Below are positions 10,338 to 18,988 of a stretch of 64,000 nucleotides of DNA, piece after piece. Numbering within the stretch: the stretch's first letter is position 1; every line of letters begins with the position of its first letter. A program made the position numbers and the translations under genes. The notes under the pieces are model-generated. The model saw nothing but the letters and a program-made list of their open reading frames with translations. It ran no database searches and was not told where the DNA came from. The stretch is taken from positions 32,001 to 96,000 of IMG/VR virus record IMGVR_UViG_3300025889_017816; one strand, given 5' to 3'. The stretch comes from a virus.

Positions 10338-10550
10338 TTAAAAAGTTCCGCCATCTATATTAGATACACCAGCCACAGCTTGCGGTACCCATTTTTCTAA
10401 TACCGAATCATAAACCAAAGTATAACCATTTTCTAAACCGCCTGAGGCGTCAATATTTTTCAATTCTTCCACATTCAAATTATCCAGTTGAACTCTTTTT
10501 ATAGAAGTATTTATTCTATTTGGTGTTCCCACCTTTACTTGAATAGCCAT
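10338..10550 (-). CDS. Small fibre-associated protein
   Basis: 70 aa with L.Y....KW motif, ends IDGGTF; coupled to the upstream gene. Confidence 0.65.
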   Translation of the reverse strand: MAIQVKVGTPNRINTSIKRVQLDNLNVEELKNIDASGGLENGYTLVYDSVLEKWVPQAVAGVSNIDGGTF

Positions 10551-10882
10551 TATCGCGTTACCTGAGGTGTTACGGTGATTATTCCTTCTACTATTCTGGT
10601 TACAACTCCTGCTGTGTCTTCCATTTCTACATCATAAACATATCTACCTGCTTTTAACTCACCTGTTTGTGTAGCCGTCAAAGAAATATCTATCACTCCT
10701 GACGTAGGTGTTGCTGAAACTGCGGTAAATGATGTATAAGATGATGAAGCATAAGATTTACGCATTTGACCTCGTAAAAGATAACTAGTCAAATTCAAAG
10801 CATCTCCTTCCGCATCTGTCACGGTGACTGATGTTGAAAAAGTAGCTCCTTGATCAATAACTAGATTTTGTATATATGCCAT
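10550..10882 (-). CDS. Virion structural protein (BppU-like Ig fold)
   Basis: NLVIDQGATF, GQMRKSY, LKAGRYVYDVE, RIVEGIITVTP; family common in T4-like phages. Confidence 0.75.
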   Translation of the reverse strand: MAYIQNLVIDQGATFSTSVTVTDAEGDALNLTSYLLRGQMRKSYASSSYTSFTAVSATPTSGVIDISLTATQTGELKAGRYVYDVEMEDTAGVVTRIVEGIITVTPQVTR

Positions 10883-10922
10883 AAAAATCCAATTAGTATG
10901 AGGTTAATATACAGTTATCAAT

Positions 10923-10930
10923 TATTTATA
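10923..10930 (-). promoter_or_regulatory. T4-type late promoter TATAAATA
   Basis: Exact consensus in the intergenic region upstream of 10882. Confidence 0.7.
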
Positions 10931-10948
10931 ATGGTTTTATTTTTTACG

Positions 10949-12049
10949 TCAATGATTTTCATTGTAATGTTCCTTTAACCATTCCCAATTTTCACTATTT
11001 CTTAGAGCTTTAGGGTTATTTATATTTTCTAGAGCAAACTTATTTCCTTCTCTAGCTCCCTTCAAAACCCAATCAGAATTTTCGCCTTCAGCAAAAGCTA
11101 ACCAACGATCCAACCACATATCACTATCTGATTGTAAGGTTAATTTAACTACCTCACGAAATGCTGTTCTCCAAGCCTCATATGGAGATGTAGCAAATGT
11201 AGCTTCACTAACAGTTCTAGGAACAGTTACAGTTTTGCTATATTGTGTGAAATCCAATCCAAAGTTTTCAGGAGTACTTAAAACAAGATCACTATTATAA
11301 CAAACAATACCCATGTGCCCATAACTCAAACGATTACTCATGTTCTTGGCATGAAAAATAATATGAGAATCAGGATGCAATTCAACAGGATATTCAAATA
11401 CAGAAACATCCGTGACATAATTTTTTGCAGTTACTACAAAGAATTGTTTTGCACCATTACTTAGGTCAACACAACGATGGAACATTTTTCTTCTTCCATT
11501 AATTCCGTCTATTCTTATTACATTAGGATTTAATTTAACTAAATGTTCCCAATTTTCCTCTGCATTACTTTCACCATTACTAACAAAAAACACAGGCGCT
11601 AAATCTTTCTTTGCTGGTCTTCTTGCTTTGAGTGTGTGAAGTGCAATAATTGGATCTATTTCTATAATGATTTTATCAGGCCATTCCCAAGGATCTTCAC
11701 TTATCTTTTTTGCTTTTGCAATAGACTTTTTATCTCCTGCCCAACCAGCAACATGAATATGTTCGATATCTTTCTTAACCACAAAAATTACTGGTCCTGA
11801 AATATGTTGCCAGGATATACCGTTTTCACAAAGATATAATTTTTCTTCTGAATTAGGAGCATCAATTATATCAACATAATCAAAAGGAGTTAATTCTTTA
11901 TCACCTGCCTGGACCCATCCTTTGGCATCTTTAACGGTTTCTATAAAATCTGTGAACCACCCAAGACTACGAACCCAATGCTTTGTTTCAATAATCCAGT
12001 GCTTTTCGAACAAATCGCTATGTGCTAACCAAGTTTCATTATTTAACAT
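10949..12049 (-). CDS. Glycosyltransferase-like protein (degenerate GT-A C-terminal domain)
   Basis: FFVSNGESNAEENW, N.LSYGH, FATSPYEAWRTAFRE resemble phage GT-like proteins; TAKN where DxD is expected. Confidence 0.5.
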   Translation of the reverse strand: MLNNETWLAHSDLFEKHWIIETKHWVRSLGWFTDFIETVKDAKGWVQAGDKELTPFDYVDIIDAPNSEEKLYLCENGISWQHISGPVIFVVKKDIEHIHVAGWAGDKKSIAKAKKISEDPWEWPDKIIIEIDPIIALHTLKARRPAKKDLAPVFFVSNGESNAEENWEHLVKLNPNVIRIDGINGRRKMFHRCVDLSNGAKQFFVVTAKNYVTDVSVFEYPVELHPDSHIIFHAKNMSNRLSYGHMGIVCYNSDLVLSTPENFGLDFTQYSKTVTVPRTVSEATFATSPYEAWRTAFREVVKLTLQSDSDMWLDRWLAFAEGENSDWVLKGAREGNKFALENINNPKALRNSENWEWLKEHYNENH

Positions 12050-12764
12050 TTTTCACCTTTTTAATTTTAGCTTTTTTAACTTCAGAATTTTTCTTTCGTT
12101 CTATTATTCTTTCTTCATTTGCATGAATACTAGGACCGAAAGCCCATTGCCCAACGTGTCTTATTTGACGACTCAAGTTCATATCAACTAAAACTTTATA
12201 TCCTGCATTTTGTAATTTCTTTTGAAAATAAAAATCCTCACCATGCCATTCATTGTCTCTGTATTCAAATTCAAAGAAAGGAGGTTCAATGTTTTTCATG
12301 ATTTCTGTTTTCATCATTACACACCCCATTCCAATACCTTCAACTTCCTCTAATTCTTCTTGGGATTCTAGAGGAACCCATTCTTGCCAATTACCCCTTT
12401 CTGTGTATGCAACAGTCTGTAATGGAATAGAACGCTTCATATAATTACCACAAACAATAGGAACATTATGAGCCATTAATCTCATTGCTGTGGTGCTAGG
12501 AAACATCATATCAGAATCAAGCCATAAACAATAATCTGATTTCATGTTTAATGCTTGTTTTGCTAATCTTTCACGTTGTGCAAGAAGGATAGTGCTTTGA
12601 TCATATATCACATGAACATCTATCCCAGCCATGGCTGTGGTTTTAACTAATTCTACCAATGAAGAAGTAAACAGACTGTAAACATATTCTTTACAAGGAA
12701 TTAGTATTGCAAGTTTTGTTGGTTTGCTTTTCCATATACTTAAATCAAAAATGTTTTTACTCAT
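12039..12764 (-). CDS. GT-A (family 2-like) glycosyltransferase
   Basis: LWLDSDM DxD motif, GIGMGCVM, GEDFYF, RHVG. Confidence 0.78.
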   Translation of the reverse strand: MSKNIFDLSIWKSKPTKLAILIPCKEYVYSLFTSSLVELVKTTAMAGIDVHVIYDQSTILLAQRERLAKQALNMKSDYCLWLDSDMMFPSTTAMRLMAHNVPIVCGNYMKRSIPLQTVAYTERGNWQEWVPLESQEELEEVEGIGMGCVMMKTEIMKNIEPPFFEFEYRDNEWHGEDFYFQKKLQNAGYKVLVDMNLSRQIRHVGQWAFGPSIHANEERIIERKKNSEVKKAKIKKVKNVK

Positions 12765-13210
12765 ACCCCAGCAACTCCTTCTGCTAGTGCAGAAGCCTGG
12801 GTAGTTACATCTCTGATAAGAGCCACTATTTCATGAACACGTTTTACTATTAACTGATAATCAGCTAAAGGAAATTGAGTTATAATATTTAAAGTATCAA
12901 TACTATAACGATCAAAAATTAAAACTTCTAAAGCTGCTTGTCTTGCATATTTTTCTATAGCAATCATTCTAGAAGTTTGTGGTTCACTTGTAAGAATATT
13001 AATTAAATGTTCTTCATCATGCTCTTCTAGAATACTTTCTAAGAAAGCTTGACGTTCGGGCCATTCTTCATTTTCTCTGAGATATTTCAATTCATAAAGA
13101 AGTTCGGCGAGGGCCTTTTTATCATATCCAATAGAAACCCATCGAACATATTTTTCTTCATAGTCCGATGGGTTAGCATTAATATGCGAAATTAAATTAT
13201 CAAGATCCAT
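12761..13210 (-). CDS. Hypothetical helical protein, first gene of the glycosyltransferase cassette
   Basis: 149-aa ORF, GAGGTG RBS, 4-bp overlap with the GT2 gene. Confidence 0.75.
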   Translation of the reverse strand: MDLDNLISHINANPSDYEEKYVRWVSIGYDKKALAELLYELKYLRENEEWPERQAFLESILEEHDEEHLINILTSEPQTSRMIAIEKYARQAALEVLIFDRYSIDTLNIITQFPLADYQLIVKRVHEIVALIRDVTTQASALAEGVAGV

Positions 13211-13238
13211 AAATCACCTCAAAAAATAAATGTAAAAT

Positions 13239-13267
13239 AATATAACTAAAAAAATTATAATGTCAAG
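13239..13267 (-). promoter_or_regulatory. Sigma70-type (early) promoter
   Basis: CTTGACA-N16-TATATT upstream of ORF 13210. Confidence 0.65.
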
Positions 13268-13269
13268 TA

Positions 13270-13446
13270 TTAATATGTATTAGGAGTTGTTCTACCACCA
13301 AAATCGGCTGAAAGAGTAATTGAACCGGACGATATACCAATTTGTGCTCCTAGATTCCCTCTTAGTGTTACTGCACCAGAAAGACCATATGCGTTGCGCA
13401 CTCGACCCATTACAATTTCTGATCCGGTGGCTGGTATTAACCCCAT
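13270..13446 (-). CDS. 58-aa Gly/Ser-rich protein, probable fibre-tip protein; not in ORF track
   Basis: Hand translation MGLIPATGSEIVMGRVRNAYGLSGAVTLRGNLGAQIGISSGSITLSADFGGRTTPNTY*; AGGAG RBS; follows the S74 fibre. Confidence 0.8.
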   Translation of the reverse strand: MGLIPATGSEIVMGRVRNAYGLSGAVTLRGNLGAQIGISSGSITLSADFGGRTTPNTY

Positions 13447-13483
13447 GTTACACTCCTAAAAATGAATCTTTTAATGTTGGCAC

Positions 13484-16468
13484 TTATTGGCACTTACAAT
13501 TGGTTTTTACTGCATCTAATTCTATTTTCAATTCTTTGATTGCTTCGATCAATAGTGGAACAATCTTTTCATAACGAACTGCTTTGAAGCCGTCTTCACG
13601 ATCAGCAACAACTTCAGGGAGAACTGCTTCAATTTCTTGTGCGATAACACCAACATCATGTTTGCGCACAAAATAATCATCCTCACCGCCACGAGAATCC
13701 ATATGCTCTTGTGTCCAATCAAACTCTACACCATTTATACTATTTAGTTTTTTCATAGCGTCTGAAATAACAACAACATTTTCCTTTAAGCGTGAATCAG
13801 AAGCATAGTATGCGGTGATTTCATTGGTGGCTCTAATTTCACCTGCTGTTCCTGAACCTGCTGTACCAACACCCAAACTATTGAATTGAACGTTAGATGA
13901 TGTAGCGACTGCCTGACCAATAGAGAATGTAACAGCTCCTGTTGCTCCTGAAACACTTACACCTGTTCCTGCTACAGCACTTGTTACACCAGAGTTACTA
14001 ATTGTGGTGCCAGAAATACTTAAGCCAGTACCTGCTGTACCCCAAGCAGTTGCGCCAGCACTATCGTCCCAGAAAAGAATTCTATCAGCATTTGGGTCAA
14101 CCAAATTTTGTATTCCAAGATGTGATAGTGAGAAAGTAGTACCACCTAAAGAAATACCAGTTCCAGCAGAATAAGTTGTGTTTGTATCAGTAGAGGCAAT
14201 TGTAATTGTATCAGTGGTTGCGTTTGTTGTGATAGTGATATTTGAACCAGCTGCTAATGTAAGTGTATCATTATTGGAATCTGCAACTACGGTTGATTGA
14301 CCTGATACTGCAACGTTCTTGAAAATGTTCTGACTACTACCTAAGTCTGAATTACTAATTGTGGTGCCAGAAATACTTAAGCCAGTACCTGCTGTACCCC
14401 AAGCAGTTGCTCCAGCACTATCGTCCCAGAAAAGGATTCTGTCAGCATTTGGATCAACCAAATTCTGTATCCCAAGATGTGATAGTGATATTGTATGAGC
14501 AATACCTTCACCTGATGAAGCACCTGTTGTTGCTATGCCAGTGCCTGCAGCAATTGTACCTACATAGTTGCCTGTTGTGTCAGTTCCTAATGCTACTGAA
14601 TTGGCAGCAACAGTTGTTGCAACAGTTATTGTACCACTTGCTAGGTCGGTCAAAGTTGTATTTGCACTACCAGTTACATCACCTGTTAGTGTGACAGTAA
14701 CAACTGGGTCTGGCTTACTTAATACGTCAGCCCATTCAATGTTGGCATCAACTGTTCCTTTAGTGCCTGAGAACACTTCACTTGTGTTTGTGGCATCAGG
14801 AATAAAGGTCATCTTGCCTGTGCTATCATCAAATCCAAAGAAACCAACCTTAGCGGCAACACCATTGTGCCAACGGAATTCAACACCACGGTCCTTGTTA
14901 TCATCCGAACCAGGAGCAGTATCACCACCTAGTGTGAAAATAGGATCATCTATAGTAACGGTTGTAGAATTTACTGTTGTAGTTGTTCCGCTTACAGTTA
15001 GGTCTCCTGTAACACTAAGAGCACCACTTACAGTTAATGTAGCACCATCAAATGTTAAGTTAGATTCACCTGTGATGGTGTTACCATCAGTAAATGTAGC
15101 AATTTGATTGTTTGTGTTAGTTCCTGTGTAATCAACTAATGAAGAACCCCAAACTCGGGAATCAATTTCGTCGGTTACGAGAGTAGAACCATTATAAACA
15201 ACTACTGTGTTGTCTGTACCAGCAGCAATATTAGCTGGGTTAATTGTAGCTGCATTAATTGTTAAGGTATCAGCACCTGCATCACCCAAAGTAGTATTGC
15301 CTGTAACAGTAAGAGCACCTGTGACTGCTAAAGTAGAACCATCAAATGTTAGGTTAGATTCACCATTGATGGTATTAGTATCGGTAAATGTAGCTAATTG
15401 ATTATTGGATGCAGTTCCTGTGTAATCAACTAATGAAGAACCCCAAACTCGGGAATCAATTTCGTCGGTTACAAGAGTTGAACCATTATAAACAACAACT
15501 GTGTTATCAGTTCCTGCGGCTATATTAACTGGGTTAATTGTAGCTGCATTAATTGTTAAGGTATCTCCGCTGGCATTACCTATAGTAGTATTACCATTAG
15601 ATGCTAAATCACCTGCAACAGTTACGTTAGCACCTGAAAGTGTGATTGCTGTTGCTGTTGATGATTTAATATCATTACCTGTTACAGTCAAATCACCTGC
15701 TACTGCAACATTACCTGTTGTGGTAGATAATGTTAGTGCTGTAGTGGCATCAGAGGCTTTAATGTCGTTTCCACCTACAGTCAAATCACCTTCGGTTCTA
15801 ACATTAGCTCCAGTTAATGTTAAAGCAGCAGTTGGTGTTGCACCTGATTTAATCTGTAGTTCATTGCTTGATTGGGTTAGACTACCATATGTAACTCCCC
15901 CGTCTTTCAATACTACGTCAGCTCCACCAGCATCAAGAGTAATATCATTGTCGGCGTCAATTAAGAAAGTTGCGCCTGAACTATTAATAGTATCAATGTT
16001 ATTGACAATTGCATTTGAGCTAACTAAAACAACTGTACCATCAGCATCTATCATAGTAACTGTTCTATCAGCAGTTGGATCTACAACCGTAAGTTGTGTT
16101 TCGAATCCATCCTCAGTAGAACCTTCAAAAAACAAACCACTGGTTATAACAGCAGCATCAAGTGTTTTGTTAGTTAAAGTTTCTGTACCAGTTAAGGTTG
16201 CTAAAGTAAGAGTTGTTCCGTTATAAAATTTAAGAGCACCATTATTGTTCCATATGTCGCCTGAAACAGGAGCAGAAGGATCGGCAGATCCTGCTGTAGC
16301 ACGAATACTGGCAGTTGAAGTACCACTCGCAACTAGGGTTAATTTACCCGTCATTGCTGTGGTTCCATCTTTTTCAACCTTATCGGTATTCAAATTACTG
16401 AAGTTGTTATCAACCTCAGTATTTGTTAATGGAGTTCCTTTGGTATTTCTTAGAGTTAACGTTGACAT
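13484..16468 (-). CDS. Tail fibre protein with C-terminal S74 chaperone
   Basis: TLTLRNTKGTPLTNTEVDNNF N-terminus; internal duplications; ASDSRLKENV...DVGVIAQEIE.VLPE...VRYEKIVPLLIEAIKEL. Confidence 0.88.
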   Translation of the reverse strand: MSTLTLRNTKGTPLTNTEVDNNFSNLNTDKVEKDGTTAMTGKLTLVASGTSTASIRATAGSADPSAPVSGDIWNNNGALKFYNGTTLTLATLTGTETLTNKTLDAAVITSGLFFEGSTEDGFETQLTVVDPTADRTVTMIDADGTVVLVSSNAIVNNIDTINSSGATFLIDADNDITLDAGGADVVLKDGGVTYGSLTQSSNELQIKSGATPTAALTLTGANVRTEGDLTVGGNDIKASDATTALTLSTTTGNVAVAGDLTVTGNDIKSSTATAITLSGANVTVAGDLASNGNTTIGNASGDTLTINAATINPVNIAAGTDNTVVVYNGSTLVTDEIDSRVWGSSLVDYTGTASNNQLATFTDTNTINGESNLTFDGSTLAVTGALTVTGNTTLGDAGADTLTINAATINPANIAAGTDNTVVVYNGSTLVTDEIDSRVWGSSLVDYTGTNTNNQIATFTDGNTITGESNLTFDGATLTVSGALSVTGDLTVSGTTTTVNSTTVTIDDPIFTLGGDTAPGSDDNKDRGVEFRWHNGVAAKVGFFGFDDSTGKMTFIPDATNTSEVFSGTKGTVDANIEWADVLSKPDPVVTVTLTGDVTGSANTTLTDLASGTITVATTVAANSVALGTDTTGNYVGTIAAGTGIATTGASSGEGIAHTISLSHLGIQNLVDPNADRILFWDDSAGATAWGTAGTGLSISGTTISNSDLGSSQNIFKNVAVSGQSTVVADSNNDTLTLAAGSNITITTNATTDTITIASTDTNTTYSAGTGISLGGTTFSLSHLGIQNLVDPNADRILFWDDSAGATAWGTAGTGLSISGTTISNSGVTSAVAGTGVSVSGATGAVTFSIGQAVATSSNVQFNSLGVGTAGSGTAGEIRATNEITAYYASDSRLKENVVVISDAMKKLNSINGVEFDWTQEHMDSRGGEDDYFVRKHDVGVIAQEIEAVLPEVVADREDGFKAVRYEKIVPLLIEAIKELKIELDAVKTNCKCQ
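13990..14490 (-). repeat. Duplicated module in fibre 13484-16468
   Basis: SLSHLGIQNLVDPNADRILFWDDSAGATAWGTAGTGLSISGTTISNS occurs twice. Confidence 0.9.
15040..15565 (-). repeat. Tandem duplicated module in fibre 13484-16468
   Basis: DTLTINAATINP.NIAAGTDNTVVVYNGSTLVTDEIDSRVWGSSLVDYTGT...GESNLTFDG occurs twice. Confidence 0.9.
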
Positions 16469-16470
16469 TT

Positions 16471-16671
16471 CTATCCTCTATTTTGTATTATATGTTGGAG
16501 CATTTGTTTTATTTCCAAGAGTTCGTTTCTTACATTATTTATATCATTTTCTAAATTAGAAATTTTATTAGAATGATTTCTTTGTTTTTTATATGCTTCT
16601 AAACCATCAATATCAGAATTTATTATAGCTGTGCTATGATCATCCCTAATATACTTATGTTCTTTTTCCAT
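16471..16671 (-). CDS. Small coiled-coil protein typical of T4-like structural regions
   Basis: RD..S.AIIN.D...Y...R followed by a heptad pattern ending EIKQML. Confidence 0.75.
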   Translation of the reverse strand: MEKEHKYIRDDHSTAIINSDIDGLEAYKKQRNHSNKISNLENDINNVRNELLEIKQMLQHIIQNRG

Positions 16672-16672
16672 T

Positions 16673-18970
16673 TTATGCCATCAACGCTAAGGCTCTTAGA
16701 GCATAAATTGTTGGTTTTATATAGGTATCAGAACTTAACATCACGATTTTAATTTGGAAAGTTCCGAATTGGGTATAGGCATTACCACTTACATCTTCAT
16801 ATTCAAAAACACCACTAGAATTTATACCACCAATTTGTGTGTTTTCATCATGACCGTTCTTGGATAATTTATATACAAATTCACCAGCACCTAAAGTATT
16901 TTTATTAATTGTTTTATTCATTAAAGTCCAATATCTAGGATCACGGTCACCACGTGCTTGTAATTTCACATAAACACGAACATCGGTTTTTTCAGGCATA
17001 TCAGCATCTAAGAAAACAATTATATCATCAGATTCTTGTCCTGAAGGTAATTGTACGGTCTTAGTATGATATTTTGCATTACCATCAATATCAGATGCTT
17101 CATAATCTACTGTACAAATTTCGTTAGTTGCATCTACAGTTAGTGCTGCATTTCTTGTTAACGTCAAACTAGTTGCACTTTCAATACTCTTAACAACACC
17201 AATAACCTTACCTGCTGTATCTCTTAAAGCTGATCCTACAGATACCTGGTCAATAAATGCTGTACTTGTTCCAGTAACAGTTGCTGAACCAGTTCCTGCT
17301 GCCAATGTACCAGCCAATGTTTTACGAATATTTCTAATATCATAAGCATATGTGAGGACAGCTGCTTTTTCCAAATCAACTACAGGACTTATTGTAGACT
17401 TATTGGTTGATAAAGAAAGTTGAAATAGATTTTTTCCTGTTCCGCTAGAAGCAGAAAAAACACCTTTTTCACTACCAATTTCTACCATACCTCTTTTTCC
17501 AAATGTTTTATAGGTTGAAGGAAGAGTTCCTGCAACATTTCTTAATTTATGAGCAAAAACAATATTTGTATCATTAAAATCTAGATGTCCTATAGCATTA
17601 TGTAGTAGATGAAAATTTCTACCTGACATTGATGTGCCATATGAATATGGATTATTAACTAATACTGTTGCTGTTTTTGTATATACACCACTAACCGCAC
17701 CTGCTTCAATCTCATCATTTTCCACGAAACTTCCACTTGTGACTAATACCTGTGCAACATCCTCAAATGTATCATAAGCTATAACTTCACCTGTACCTGT
17801 ACGGGTTGTGTTATTAATAAAATCACCAACTTGTAAAGATGCGCTTTCATTAGCTATTTGAAGATAATCAATATCTTTATTTTCTAATACCAAAGTACCT
17901 GAACTTGGTGAGAAATTTGCATTGTAAACAGTAAATTTAATATCTTTTGTATCAGAAGGTGTCCAATTAATACTATTGGATGAAAGATATAAACGGCCTG
18001 CTGAAGGTTGTTTATCAATTACTTCATTAGTTCCTAGTTTATTTTGCCCCAATTCTGCGGTCCATACTTCATAACTTGTGTTACCACCTGCAGGTAAAAG
18101 AACCATTGCATATTCTTCGTTGTTCTTAAGATGAACAGGTGATGTGAAAATAAACTTGGTTGGTGCTGAAGCATCAGTTGAAACATTAACATCTTTAGGA
18201 AACAAAGTAACTGTACTTAGAGGAATAATATTTTGTGATGGATTTCCATTAACAGTTTCTCTTAATTGTAAAGTTATTGGTACATTGCCATCGGTTGGTC
18301 TAGATTTAAAATAAACATCAATTTTCGTAACGAAAATTCCTTCAAGTTCACCAGACACAAAGAATGTTTGTGCAATAGGATCTTTAAAAGTTTGTCCTGA
18401 TGGATTTGTAGAAACAAATCTTTCAACGTCAATGCTTCTTGGTCTGATAATTTTAGAAAATGTTGATTTGAGTGTTCTTGTTGAACTTGTCTTAGTTCCA
18501 TCATAAGTTATGGAGGCCATACCAACAAATTCTGAAACAGCTCTACAATCTGTATCAGCATCAGGATTAGTTGAACTATTGGTTATAACAAAAGTTCTAC
18601 TACCTGTTTTAAAGGTTCTTGGGGGAATAACAAAATAAAAAGTGATAGAACCTTTGCTATCAGTCTTTAATGCTGCACCAAAAGCACCAGAACGAGTTAG
18701 CTGACAATTTGATGAAACCGCCTGCCCATCAAAATATGGATAAACTCTTGTATTTGGTTTCAAACCTTTCGCTGAAACTGTAACAACTATAGGACGAATA
18801 TAAGGAAGAGGCTCATCAGCAAGAGGTTTTCTTAGAGGAGGTGGAGCAGTAATACCTGAAGAACTAGAACCAATTGGAGTTCTGTTTTCTGCAGCTTGCC
18901 TCCCTCCAGTTATATATTCCCATTCTTCTGGATTATTACTACCTTTTCCAGTTATATCATCTCCGCGCAT
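16673..18970 (-). CDS. Virion structural protein, C-terminal half of a VrlC/DUF4815-like protein
   Basis: PYIR, GLKPNTRVYPYFDG, DPIAQTFFV, GIFVTKIDVYF, FxSPVHL, FQIKIVM, LRALAL. Confidence 0.75.
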   Translation of the reverse strand: MRGDDITGKGSNNPEEWEYITGGRQAAENRTPIGSSSSGITAPPPLRKPLADEPLPYIRPIVVTVSAKGLKPNTRVYPYFDGQAVSSNCQLTRSGAFGAALKTDSKGSITFYFVIPPRTFKTGSRTFVITNSSTNPDADTDCRAVSEFVGMASITYDGTKTSSTRTLKSTFSKIIRPRSIDVERFVSTNPSGQTFKDPIAQTFFVSGELEGIFVTKIDVYFKSRPTDGNVPITLQLRETVNGNPSQNIIPLSTVTLFPKDVNVSTDASAPTKFIFTSPVHLKNNEEYAMVLLPAGGNTSYEVWTAELGQNKLGTNEVIDKQPSAGRLYLSSNSINWTPSDTKDIKFTVYNANFSPSSGTLVLENKDIDYLQIANESASLQVGDFINNTTRTGTGEVIAYDTFEDVAQVLVTSGSFVENDEIEAGAVSGVYTKTATVLVNNPYSYGTSMSGRNFHLLHNAIGHLDFNDTNIVFAHKLRNVAGTLPSTYKTFGKRGMVEIGSEKGVFSASSGTGKNLFQLSLSTNKSTISPVVDLEKAAVLTYAYDIRNIRKTLAGTLAAGTGSATVTGTSTAFIDQVSVGSALRDTAGKVIGVVKSIESATSLTLTRNAALTVDATNEICTVDYEASDIDGNAKYHTKTVQLPSGQESDDIIVFLDADMPEKTDVRVYVKLQARGDRDPRYWTLMNKTINKNTLGAGEFVYKLSKNGHDENTQIGGINSSGVFEYEDVSGNAYTQFGTFQIKIVMLSSDTYIKPTIYALRALALMA

Positions 18971-18988
18971 TTATATTCTCCTAATATA

